Shown here: in pieces, positions 14,228-26,645 of the stretch
Numbering within the stretch: position 1 is the first letter of the stretch
How the letters are laid out: every line of letters starts with the position of its first letter
Assembly: GCA_050084985.1 (NCBI GenBank)
Contig: JBITNC010000002.1
Coordinates: 33,666,001 to 33,730,000 of the forward strand
DNA length: 64,000 nt
Source: Nageia nagi
Taxonomy: Eukaryota > Plantae > Pinophyta
Direction: 5' to 3'
Made by a program: the position numbers and the translations under genes
The notes under the pieces: generated by a model
The model's database searches: none
Seen by the model: the letters and a program-made list of their open reading frames with translations, nothing else
Told to the model about the DNA's origin: nothing

Positions 14228-14470
14228 TTAGCATCTAATTAGAACAATGTTAGATCTAACTTACTAACATGTAACTAAGGTAGACTTTTATCTTAAATTT
14301 GAGCCTATTAACCTCAAATAAAGCATGTTAGCATAAACATCCAAAAATTTTAGCATCTAACCATTAAATTGTTAGATCTCATAAAGTACTAACATGTAAT
14401 GAAGGTAATAATTTTACCTCAAAATTTGAGCCCAATAACCTCAAACTACAAAATGTTAGTAGAAATATCT
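14228..14470. repeat. Two degenerate copies of a ~122-bp unit in the leader of element B
   Basis: ttagcatctaa...gttagatct...tactaacatgtaa...aaatttgagcc...aacctcaaa recurs at 14228 and 14350. Confidence 0.8.
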
Positions 14471-14588
14471 CAATTCAACTTCAAATAAGAGAAGTTGAAA
14501 CAAGAATGAGAGATAGATATACCTTCAATTTTTGAGGAAGTTACCTCAAAATTACCATGTAGTCAATTGAGAGAGATCACCATAAGGA

Positions 14589-14601
14589 AGCTCTGATACC
14601 A
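14589..14601 (-). promoter_or_regulatory. Primer-binding site (tRNA-iMet) of element B
   Basis: Minus strand reads tggtatcagagct, the canonical plant iMet PBS, 2 bp from the LTR. Confidence 0.95.
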
Positions 14602-14603
14602 CT

Positions 14604-15157
14604 TGATGGAATTGAAGGATTCCCTAACCCAAGAACACTTATATGACCTCCATAAAATACACCAATAATTCTAAGCTTAAGAACAAAAGAAGCATTCTCA
14701 CATAGTAACACAAGATGTATAGTGGTTCCTCCATCACATGGAGTACTCCACTTTAGGTCTCTTTTTCTCTATACTCTCAAAATCATATACACTCTCATGG
14801 ATCTCAACCATGACTCTTCTTAGCATGAAGATTAACTCACATGCTTAAGACCATACTAACTATGATCTATACTAACATCCTTACAACCATATTTCTATCT
14901 ACTTCCATTAAAAATCTTCACAATATGAGTTCCTTTTATAGGACTCAAAACTAACCTTAGGTAGTTAACTAACCTAATCATAATTGTTTAGTTAACCCTA
15001 AGTTACAATATAAAATTACATTTAATTGTTAGTGGAGACACTATTTCACCCATAATGCATGAACCTTATTATCACCTAATAAACAACTTTAGGTTATTAT
15101 TAATATGCTAAAGTATATTAATTAAATAATACCCTAAATAACATTATAGTTCTAATA
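14604..15157 (-). repeat. 5' LTR of element B
   Basis: Direct repeat of 7168-7722, flanked by the PBS and TSD AGTGA. Confidence 0.95.
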
Positions 15158-16595
15158 AGTGAGACACTCCCCAAGTTCCTAAATGACTTTAATTTGAGTT
15201 ACCTTATGGTGTGGATGAAGTATTTAAAAATAAAACTCCTTCAAATAATAGACATTAAGCTTAAGTTTTTTGTATTTTGGCTTTAATTTGAGTACTATAG
15301 TCCTCATAAAGTTATACAATTTTGAATTTATGGAAGATGTGTACTACATGTAGCAAAGGAACACTAGGTAAATAAGCTTCCAGCATGAGAGAGGCCTTAG
15401 TAAGATCATATTATAAGATTGCATTATCTATTATTGATGGATTTTAGAAATTTTTAAACTAACTTTTATGAAAAATTGTAATTCTCTAGATAACATCATT
15501 CAAACACTATATACAAGCCCTATCTTAGTTAGGATGAGGAACAAGATTTTATTTTTTTAATATGGAGAATTATTGTAGGATGATGAAGAAAGAACATATT
15601 TGAAAATAACTAATATTTAATTTGAAGAAAGAATGATTAAATTGTTTGTTAATAATGCATATGGTAAAAAAAAACTCTTGTTGTTTTAATGTTGCCATAT
15701 TTTGCATACATGGCTATCAAGATTGTTATCATGATTTCATGCATATATGATCATGGAAGAGTAAACAAAAAACATAATAGGTAATAGTGTATATTATTTG
15801 TACATTGAACTAAAATATAAATGTAATGAAGTACATATATAATATCATGAAATGTAATAGATAGATAATATCTCAAGTGATGAAAGTTGTGGAAATAGAA
15901 TGAAGTTTTTTCTTGCAAATGATTTATTTTAGCAAGTATTTTGACTATCATGATCCTATAGTTGTATTAAAAGCAGGCAAGAATATGAGCATAAACTCTT
16001 AGGGAATTCATTCCAACTTGTTGTAAAGAACCTATAATCTATTAAGCACATCCCCTAGTACATTCACTCAACTTGTAAAGAACCTTTGACTATGTAATGA
16101 ATCAACTTATTATTTTTTATGAATTATTTAAAGATAGATGGATAAAACAAGGATATCATTTTATTATTATGCATAAGTAACCAAAATAGTTAAAGGGGAC
16201 TTGAAAAAGAGTGAGTAGTGGGTACGAATTACTTGTTAAGCATGATATTAAAATAACTATGCTAAAATCTAATAAGAAATAATTTGAAACAATATAACCA
16301 TGTTAAAATTACTTTTCAAGTATAAGACTAAAATATTAAGTTAAAAGAATTTAAATTTTCTAGTGAAAACCTTTAAAACCAAGGAACTTGCACTACACCA
16401 AAATTGGGCTCAAAGGGAAGCTATTTTACAATGATTTTTTACAACAATTGAAAAATTGCCTTTAAAAACATGTGAGATAGTGGTTTTATGTGAAGTTTTA
16501 AATCAATATTTAAAAACCCTAAGAGGGTGGTGTAAAATTGCTATAAACAAACCACCTTAAAAAAGATGGGTATTCCTATTGGAGGCAAATTCCTT

Positions 16596-17119
16596 TGAAA
16601 TATCCTACACCCAAGATCACCTTGGAGTGTTCCTCTACTTCTAAGAAACAACTCAAGAATGCTCTTAATCAATCACACATACAAGTGGCACAAGCAAGTA
16701 TAGTGGTTCCTTTATAGCAATAGAGTACTCCATTTTAAGCTAAATTCTATTACTTCTCAAGATACAAGGCTCTCATGCAATCCTACACTAGCATTCTCTC
16801 CTCCTATATATATTCACACTAAGAGCATTACAATGCTTCAAGCTAGAGTGAAAAATGCATGAGGGGCCTCAATTTATAAGGAAAAATCCCACTTTGGCTC
16901 ACCCTTTTACCCAAGGGGAATGCCATTATCAAAGGGATAAGAATAGTCACATGTTGGACAAGTTTTAATTTTTAATTGACTAAATACTTTAAATGTATTT
17001 AGGAATACTTTTATGTGTCTAGTGGATTAAATAATCAATTACATAGGTAGTGGAGATATTATTCTTTATATAACTTTCTAAAGAATAATATTTATAATAG
17101 TGCATTATTAGTTTTAACA
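16596..17119 (-). repeat. 3' LTR of element C
   Basis: TG...CA termini; direct repeat of 24825-25347. Confidence 0.95.
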
Positions 17120-17869
17120 CTACCCATTAATGAAATATTGGGGTATAAATAAGAGAATATATAAAGAGAGTGTAAGAGAGTTCTCCTCCATAAAAAATAC
17201 ATTCAAAGATGAGAACTTTACATCTTGAGAAGTAATACAATATAGAGAAGATATCTACATAACCATTTTAAAAAATGGTTTACAATACATCAATCATCAA
17301 CCATAAATGGTTTAAATGTACAAGTAGTATTCATTCAACAATATGTTGACATGATGAGCCTACATACATGAATTAAGTAACCTACAATCTCTAGAAGAAA
17401 CCTACAAGCTACAAGCAGCTCATAAACAAGCTTAGTTAGATGCATCATATATACATTCATAAGATAAATTATTCAAATAATATCATCCATAAATTGATCA
17501 AATGGTACACTATAATTCATCATAAATATGCCAAGTAAAATTATAGTCACTTGTATAAAATATGTGTTGATCATCATCAAAGCATATGATATAAAAATAT
17601 GCACATACTAATTTCTCACATATGGATAACTAAACAATGCTCATAATAATCTATCATATGCATAAAGTATACCAAAAATTTAATCACACATGTATAATTA
17701 AGCATAAAAATGTACACACCAAGATTAAGCAAAGTGCATAAATAAGTTCCTCATACATGGAGGACTAAGCATAAAAAATGCACACACAATATCAACACTA
17801 TAGAGCAAAAAAATCCTCCTAAGGTGAAGGTGACATCAAAAATAAGAATTCATCAAGAATTAAAACTCA

Positions 17870-20800
17870 CTCCCCCTTGAGTGGTAACTTAACTAACCTA
17901 ATAAACTCCCTAAGCTTGTAGAACTAAGCCTCTAGGAGAGGTTTAGTGAACAAAAAAGTTCAAGTTTGATGGATAATATTGAAGCTGCAGAGTCCCATCT
18001 AGGACTTTCTCCCTAATGAAATGTACTTGTATTTCAACATGCTTCATTATTTGATGGTAAATGCAATTCTTTGATAAAGAAATGATTTATTAGTTATCTA
18101 AATAAATTTGAGTAGGACCATATTATTCAAACCTAATTTCCTTTAGAATATTTTTCAACCAAATAGCATCCTTGGTTGCAACTGTCATAGCTCTATGTTC
18201 TACCTCTATGGTGGATAGAGTGAAAGTATGATGCTTATTGGAATACCAAGATATAACACCTAAACCAATGTTGAACACATAATCTAAAGTGGATTTCATG
18301 TCATCTTTGTTACCTCCTTAGTTAGAATCTAAGAATCCTAAAAGAATAAAGAAAGGTAACTTGGTATATTTGAGAGTAATATCCTTAGTTCTTACAATAT
18401 ACCTCAATATCTTCTTGTCCATGGATATATTCCCACCATAAGGTTTCTACATAAACATTACCATCAAATTCACTACATAAGAAATATTTGATCGAGAGAT
18501 AGTCAGATAAAGAAGACTGCCAATAAGCTTCCTATATGTTGTAGCATTTTTCAACTAAGCATTAGAGCTAATCTTTAACTTGATTTCAAAAGACACTGAG
18601 ATATCCAAATTCTTACATTATTCCATTACAAACTTTTGTATAAATCTTATATGTATTTGGATTGAATAAGGTAAATATAATCCTTATATTGATACACTTG
18701 CATACCAAGGTAGTAATGCAAGATACCAAGATCAGTCGTCCCATTTTTTAATTTAAGCTTATGCATGCACTCATTAATGATATACATATTATTCCCTATG
18801 ATAAAAATGTCATAAACATAGAGAATGATTAAGACCAAATCTTTACATTAATTGACCACATATAAATTTGAATGTATGTAGCATTTAGAGAACCCAATAG
18901 TTTCAAAGTATCCTAAAATATTCTCATACCAAGATTTTAGTTCTTGCTTAAGTTCATACAAGGACTTCTTTGGCTTGCACACATGTGATAATTTTTCCAA
19001 ACTAAAAAACCCCTCAAGTTAACTCTTGTAGATCTCAACATTCAAGTCACCTTTGAGAAAATCACTCTTCACATCAAGTTGGAATATCTTCCAACTTTGG
19101 GCTACTAAAAGAGAAAGGATAAGTCTAATTGTATACATATTTGCAATTAGAGCAAATGTTTACTCATAATTAACTCCATATATTTTAGAAAAACCTTTGG
19201 CCACCAACCTTGCCTTGTATTTTTCAATCTCACCTTTTGAGTTGAACTTAACTTTGTAAACCCATTTATTTCCAATCACATTCCTTATGGTTAGATATGG
19301 AACCAGGTTCCAAGTTCTATTTTTCATAATAAATTCATATTCCACCTTCATAGTATCCCAAAAAAAAAAATTTAGAAGCCTCATTAAATTTGGAAGGTTC
19401 ATTGTGATTTTCAATGTTGGATACAAGAGAATTATCCAAATTCACACTTCTAGTTATCCTTTATATTGGAGAATTTTGCTCTTTTGGTAACGTATGTGAA
19501 TTATGATCCAAATATTTAATAAATTATGAAAGGTCTTAAAGGACTTCATTTGAAGAAGAATCACTAAGATATTCATTTAACTTCACATCCCTTGAAATAA
19601 ATACTACTTTTATTAAAGGAGAGTAAATCATATGCCCTTTATGCTGACTATCATATCCCACAAATATGCATTTCTCAAATTTATCATCTAACTTCTTATT
19701 ATTTTCTAAAACTATGAAGGAAAATGCTTCACAACCAAAAATCCTTAGATGAGAGATGTTAGGTTTATTTCATGTCCATGTCTCATAAGAATTTTTTCCT
19801 TCAACTAGTTTTGTAGGATACCAATTCAAGGTGTAGATAGTTGTGCCTCATTTATTCACCCCAAAGAAATTTAAGAAGATTCTCCAACATGCATCTATCC
19901 ATATCCATTATGGTCCTATTATTCCTTTTTACAACATCATTTTGTTGTGGGGTATAAGGGATTCTAAATTATCTTTTGATTCCATGCCTTACACAAAATT
20001 GATTGAATTCATTACTCATATGCTTACCCCCATTATATGATATTAACATCTTGATTCTTAGGTTGTTTTTATTTTCAACAAAGGCCTTAAACTCTTTGAA
20101 CATCACAAATTTTTTATCTTTGTGCTCAAGTAGATAACCAAATATCATTATAATAAATTCATCTATGAAGGTAAAGATATAAGATGCTTTTCCAAGAGAC
20201 TTCACTTGAAATGGACTCAAAAATTTTGAATGAATTAGTTGAAGAAATTGAGTTTCCCTTATTTTCTTATCCTTCTCAAACTTTTTCCTTTTCATCTTCC
20301 CTAAGATTCAACTCTCACAAAGGCCAATGGTAAGTGAGATTGAAGGCAATCCTTCCATAAGATTTTGAATTTTCATGAGTTGAATGCTTTTTTGATTGAT
20401 ATGGCCTAACATTTGATTGTAAAGGTTTCCCTTAAGAGTAAACATTTGTATCTAGGCACATTTTTGTAGGCTCTTAATCAACTATGTAGAGATCATTTTT
20501 TAGAGAACCTTTTACCAAAGTGGATAAACCCTTCTTTATACTCCAAGAGTTGAGGTAAACTCAAAAGAGTATCATTTTATTTCCACATGAATGATTGATA
20601 ATAGATTAATTCTTAATTGAGTTACATAAAACACATTCTCAATCACTTTACCATGTATCAAAGTGCTCCCAATTCCATACACTTCAAGCATAGAGTTGTC
20701 ACCAATCACAACCCCATCCTTCTTGTGTTTGTGAAATCTTGAAACTTATCTTTTTCAAAATACATATGGTTAGTGCACCATATATCTACTATCCAATCAT

Positions 20801-21699
20801 TTAAAAAAGAGTGAGACATGGAGTAAATGACATAAACATAATCATTGTTATTATTTTTCTTTCCTTTATTTTATTTCATTTTCCCTTTTCCATTTTTCTC
20901 TTTCTTCTTATTGAAGCAATGAGACTCTTTTTAGGCATAAATACCACAAAAGTTATAATTTCCATCAAACTTGACCTTACCATTGGATTTGTTTTATTTT
21001 TATTTCCCTTATAATATTTGTTACCATCTTTCCTACGATTCTTATGAGCATGAGAATATTGATTATGATGCTTCTTTTTGAAGTGAGGTTTGGTTGCTCC
21101 TAATGCAACATTAGATTTTTGGAGTAGACCCTAAAAATTTCTTGTTGATGGTTTCTTCATGCTTTAAGATGAGGCTAGAGATATTTTCCAAATATAAGGG
21201 TTCCTCTTCATCATCTAGCTTAGTCTCAATAATAGTCACAAAGTGATTGAATTTGGATAAGATACTTTGAAGTATGATGAATACAATTATAACTGTAACT
21301 AATAAGTTGGGTCCTCAAATCAATGATCTTGGTTGAAAATATTGCTACACTCTCATCCTCCCCTTGATAAGTTTGTAGAAATTATTGGAGGATTATGAAC
21401 CTTCTAGAAACCTTTGACCCAAGATAAATTTTCTTAAGTTGATCCCAAGCCTCTTTTGTAGAAGTTGCATTTGAGATCATAAGAAAAACTTCATCTAAGA
21501 TTGCATGAAAAATTATTGAGGTTGCCAATTCATTTTTGTATGTATAATTCTCTATGAATTTTGTTTTTTTTAGATCCACTTGATCTTCATTAATAGTTTG
21601 CCAAAGTTTTCTATCCTAAAGCTCTGCTTTCATCCTTCATTCTCAAATTCCAAAGTTAGAACCATCAAGGATGTGTTTGGGCACAAACTAATCACTCAT
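17870..21699 (-). pseudogene. gag-pol of element C, with stops and frameshifts
   Basis: Starts MSD*FVPKHILDGSNFGI at 21699. ORFs 21382-21579 (gag TKEAWDQLKKIY), 19969-20295 (integrase), 19160-19426 (RT KWVYKVKF...KYKARLVAKGF), 18647-18838 (LYVYDI). Confidence 0.92.
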
Positions 21700-21769
21700 T
21701 TTATACTAAATAAGATTAATTTAGATTAAGAAATTAATAAAGCATAAATATTACATTGTAAAAATTGCA

Positions 21770-22210
21770 TCAATATTGGTCCACCAAAGGAATGGCCCAC
21801 AAATTGACCCATGGTTTGACCCATGAATTGGCTTGTGTGCCAACCAATGAATCAGATTTGACCTCAACCATGAACTATCATATGGTTAGACCATGGATTG
21901 ACTCTTATATTAACCCACATATCAACTTGAACCAACCCATATATCGACCTATAGTCTAACCCACAAACCCATAGGTTAATCCATTGGTCGATATGTGGCT
22001 AGTCCATGATCCTAATCTATGGGTTAACCAATAGGCCCATCCAATCTATACCATAAGCTAATCCATGGGATAACCCATGGGTTGGTCCATGAGTCAATCT
22101 AGGTTGATCCATTAGCTTATCCATGAGGTGATACAAGCCTAACCATAAGATAGTCCATGGGCCAGGTCCAAGCTAATTCGTGGGCCAACAAATGGGCCAA
22201 TCCATAAGCC
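21770..22210. repeat. Degenerate short-period (a)acccatgg/ccatgggtt repeat array in the leader of element C
   Basis: Dense recurrence of ccatg, cccat and ggtt motifs just upstream of gag. Confidence 0.6.
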
Positions 22211-22324
22211 AATCATCATTATTCCAATTGTAAGAAACTTGTACAAATTTATGCAATTAAAGTAAGTTATAAATTTTAAGTTACTCTTTTAGTAGTATAG
22301 CAATTTGTAGTTTGTATTAGTAGC

Positions 22325-22413
22325 TTGTAAGTTAGTAACTTTGTAGTTTGCAAGTTAGTAACTTTGTAATTTGCAAGTTAATAACTTTGTAATTTGTAAG
22401 TTAGTAACTTTGT
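22325..22413. repeat. 23-bp minisatellite (gttagtaactttgtaatttgcaa), about 4 copies
   Basis: Unit starts at 22331, 22354, 22377 and 22400. Confidence 0.9.
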
Positions 22414-23644
22414 TTATTCATTATGTTAATAGCTTGTAAGTGCACTTATTATTTTAAAATAAAAAATTAGTTGTAGATTAGAATATCTAATCTATGATTA
22501 TTAATTAGTGCACTTTACTTTAAGGTTTATCATATGTCCATTGTAATGAGCCATTAATAAAAGAAATAACTATACAATAAAGGTTTAGTACTTTTCTTAA
22601 TTACTGTTAAGTTTACATGTTAAAGCTCTAGGAACTTGTACAACATCCTCTAACTCATAGAGGATGGCCCATATTTATGGCCATAAACTCATTTGGTTGA
22701 GCTATGTGATGAGTCTGAATAAGTCTCATAGCATGGTTTATTTTCTCTATAATTATTAACCATTTCTTTGAATTGACTTCTTCTCTCTTCTTTACCTTCT
22801 TCCAAAGTTAATCCTTCCTTTTATCAATCACCTTTATTCTCATAATAGGGTTCCTTATTTTCATATGCTTAGAAGATATTGAAAAGTGATCATATTTATA
22901 ATTATGAAGAAAAAGTTAGAATGAATTTACCAAAAAAAAATAATACCTCACTTAAGGTAAAATTTCCCCCCTTAATTTTGAGAAAGATAAAAATCAAACA
23001 CCTTGCATAAATTCCCCCTTTAAACAAGTTTGTCCCTTCACAAATTTAACTCCCCCTTTAAAAAGAAAATCTCAAAGGAGTCTCGCCCATTTTAAAAAAA
23101 AGTAATACAAAAAAAAATTAATTAATTAAGCTCCCCCTTTTGTTAAAAAATTAATGCCATTGAAAAAAATAACTCCATAAAAAAATTTAAAAAAAAAACT
23201 TAGTTTTTTCCCCTTTTTTAAAAATTAAATTCCCCACATAATAATAACTTTCCAAATTTTAAATAATAGATCCCCCAAAGTTTAAATAACTCCCCAAAAA
23301 AGAGCTTCTCACTTTTAAAAAAATCTCCCAAAAAATTATGTAATAACTCAATATCCTCTCTTTTTAAAAAAAAAAATACAAATTAAATATAGCTCCCCAC
23401 TTTTAAAAATAAACCAAATTTCAAAAAAAAATGATAATTCTACTTCACACAACTTGGAAGCTAGTGCATTTAATACATTATGAAGAGTAAAATCCTTTAT
23501 TGAAACATAAGTATCATCATTCTTAGAGGAGAAGAAAAAAGTTTCATCAAAGAGGAAAGAAAGATTCATCAACATTTGCATCTAAAAGTGGATATAGGCT
23601 TGCAACAAAAATTATATATTAAATAAATATTGTATAAAAAATTA

Positions 23645-24140
23645 TGAGGAGGAGGGGCAAGGGTAGATGAAGAGAGTGTGGGTAGTAACATGGTATGGGA
23701 GGGGTGGGTGGCGATAGTAAGGGAATGATGGGCACATGTGGAGAGGGGAGGGGGATAAGTTAGGTGGGTGGGGGAGGTGCTTGAAAGGGACATGGGTTTG
23801 GGGGAAAGGGATGATGCAAGGTTAAGGGAATGGAAAGGCCAAGGCATGTAGGAGGGGGCATGGGGTGTATGTGTGGGGAGCCTAAGGAGAGCATGAGGGG
23901 TCCAAGAAGGTGGGGTGGAGAGGGGGATTTGTTAAAGGGGCATGGGGTGGACATGTGAGGGTCCAAATAAGGGGAGCATTGTAGGGGGTCCAACTAAGTA
24001 GGGAGAGACCAAGGGTGGCATGAATTTTAGGTGTGAATGAGGGTGGAAAATGGAGGTACCATCGAGAGGGGGAGGGGGATGGCCCATTGGGGTGGGGTGG
24101 TATTGGGGCTAGGGTGGGTGGCCTGTTAGGGTGGTTGCTA
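23645..24140 (+). other. G-rich island in the leader of element C, with a G-quadruplex-type motif
   Basis: Many G3-G5 runs; gggg-t-gggg-tggtatt-gggg-cta-ggg-t-ggg at about 24089-24118 fits the canonical G4 pattern. Confidence 0.7.
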
Positions 24141-24824
24141 TCGACTATTTTTTTTATTTTTTATTTTTAAATATTAAAATAACTCTTTTTTTATTAATTT
24201 CATACATACTTTTTTTATTATAATTTCACACATAATATATATATATATATATTATAATAAAAAATACTTTTCTTCTTCTTTTAAATAATGATCCTATTTT
24301 TACATATAGATTACAAATATTTATGAAGTTTTACAATAAGTTATGAAACTAAAATAGATTTTCAAGTCTTATTAACATTTCTTCATAAAATACTAGTATA
24401 AAAATAATTGTAAATTTAAGCTAAAATAAGCTTCATGATAACACATTATTGTTATATCTTAAGCAAGCTTATTCAAAAAATTTGCAACTAACAAATAAAA
24501 AAAGTTTAGTATAAACTTTCATAGCAATATATTGCTACATCTTAAGTTATTCTTACACCCAAGAAAAGGTTATTTTCTAACAAATATAACCTTATTTGCA
24601 AAAAGAATGCTAAAATTAAATTTAACAAAAGTAGCTTATGTGTAAGAAAAAATGGTTAAAAGAAGCTAATTTTAGCAAAAAACTTACAAAATTAGGAAGA
24701 AATATGAAAAATTAATCTTTAAAATGAGAGAAAAAAGTGAGAAAATTATACCTCAATATGAGTTTACCTCTCAAGTTTAAAAAAAGAGTAGAAAATAGAA
24801 TCCACGGATGGCTATGGTACCACT

Positions 24825-25347
24825 TGAAATCTCCTACACCCAAGATCACCTTAGAGTGTTCCTCTACTTATAAGAAATAAATCAAGAATGCTCTTAATCA
24901 ATCACACACAAAAGTGACACATGAAAGTATAGTGGTTCCCCTATATCAAGAGAGTACTCTACTTTAAGCTAAATTCTATTACTATTCAATATACAAGACT
25001 CTCTTACAATATTACACTAGAATTCTCTTCTATCCTTCTTCACACTAAGAGCATTACAATGATTCAAGCTAAAGTGAAGAATACATAATGAGAGACCTTA
25101 ATTTATAAGGAAAAATCCCACTTTAGCTCACCCTTTTACCCAAGGGGAACACCATTATCCAAGGATAATAATAGTCAAATGTAGGACAAGTTTGAATATT
25201 TAATTCATTAAATACTTATAAGGTATTTAAGGATACTTTTAAGTATCTAATGGATTAAATAATCAAATACATAAAGAGTGGAGATATTATTCTTTAGACA
25301 CCTTCCTAAAGACTAATATTTACAATAGTACATTATTAGTTCTAACA
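24825..25347 (-). repeat. 5' LTR of element C
   Basis: Direct repeat of 16596-17119, flanked by the PBS and TSD TCCTT. Confidence 0.95.
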
Positions 25348-25418
25348 TCCTTTTCGCACCTATGAAGAATTATCATTTTGCATCGAGAAGAATTTTTGTA
25401 GCCCAAGAAGAATTATAA

Positions 25419-26645
25419 AACATATTATAATAGAATACAATCATCATAGGATATACACAAAAGTATATTTTTGAAAAAATTCTAAAAAATTTTAAGCAGA
25501 TGTGATTGTCAAGTGTAATACTAAATTCTACAACTTTTTTTAAAATTCTTCCAACATGTGCTACCATTAGAGATCTAGAGGAAGGTATGGAAATCCATCA
25601 AAGATTAGTTGAATTTTTTTACATCAAATGTTATGGTTTTGAGTTCCCTAATAGATATATATAGAAAATATGTAAGAATGTGCAAGGCCTATGAATTATT
25701 TGACAAGACACATGATGCAAATATAGATCATGTACTGTAATGATTAAAGGATATGCAATTCATGGCTACAACAAATATTCCCTTAAACTATTTGATTTGA
25801 TGAAGTAATTTGGAACCAACCTTAACACCATAACCTTTCTATGTGTTCTACTTAAATGGAACCATGCAAGTTTATTGGATGAGGGTTGTAAATACTTTAA
25901 TATCATGATGAATGACTCTTATTGCATTATTCTTGGGATAAATCATTATACATGCATTATTTACCTTCTTAGTTGTGTAAGCTATATTGAGGAACTTTAG
26001 AACTTCATTTTCAATATATCCATAAGACATGAATTAGGTGTATGGATGTTTTTACTTGATGCTTGTAAAACACATAAGGATGTAAGAATAGGTAAATTTA
26101 TGGCAATAATTCCTTTTATGTTGGATCCTAAAAATGCTTCATTTTATGTTCTTATTTCAAATATTTATGTTGAAGTGGGAAGTTAGGATGATATTCAAAT
26201 AGTAAAATATTGATGAAAGATAGAGAAATCAAAAAGAAACCTTGATATAGTTGGATTGAAGTTGATAAAGGGGTATATATTTCTCTTATAGGAGATAGAT
26301 CACACCCATAAACATAGTATATTGTGGAAAATTAGAGAAACTATCAAGTGAGATGACAGCAATGGGGTATATTCTAAATACAATACCTAAGCTACATGAT
26401 GTGGAGGCTAATGATAAAATACCTCATTGAAATGAAGTCTCATAGAATGTAATGATCATAGGATATGTATAAAATGTATTTTTTTAAAGGCCCTAAAGGC
26501 TTTTAAGTAGATGAAATTATCAAATATAAATTCAAACTCTATAATATTTTCCAATATTCTTCCAACATGTGCCACCATGGGATCTCTAAAAGAAAGTATG
26601 GAAATAAATCAAAGAGCAATTGAAAATGGTTTTGCATCAAATATC
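25419..26645 (+). pseudogene. PLS-class pentatricopeptide-repeat (PPR) pseudogene fragment with E1/E2/E+ domains and no DYW catalytic core, followed by a further PPR unit
   Basis: Manual translation: NSTTFFKILPTCATIRDLEEGMEIHQ, SSLIDIY, MIKGYAIHG, NHYTCIIYLL, VWMFLLDACKTH, DPKNASFYVLISNIY, KKP*YSWIEV, IGDRSHP, MGYILNT..LHDVE. Multiple stops and frameshifts; no introns seen. Confidence 0.92.

Larger units (their letters stand above)
7168..15157 (-). mobile_element. Non-autonomous copia-derived LTR element B (LARD-like), structurally complete
   Basis: LTRs 7168-7722 and 14604-15157 (13 differences in one 120-bp stretch compared by hand). Perfect TSD AGTGA at 7163-7167 and 15158-15162. Perfect iMet PBS tggtatcagagct at 14589-14601, PPT at 7723-7732. 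Interior has no recognisable gag/PR/INT/RT, only RNase H C-terminal remnants. Confidence 0.93.
16596..25347 (-). mobile_element. Full-length decayed Ty1/copia element C
   Basis: LTRs 16596-17119 and 24825-25347. Perfect TSD TCCTT at 16591-16595 and 25348-25352. PBS tggtaccatagc at 24811-24822, decayed PPT at 17120-17130. Full gag-pol domain order. Confidence 0.95.

Noticed and set aside
23569-23993. Pro/Ser/His-rich ORFs resembling extensin or arabinogalactan proteins
   Set aside because: They are by-products of the G-rich island inside element C's leader; no signal peptide or gene structure.
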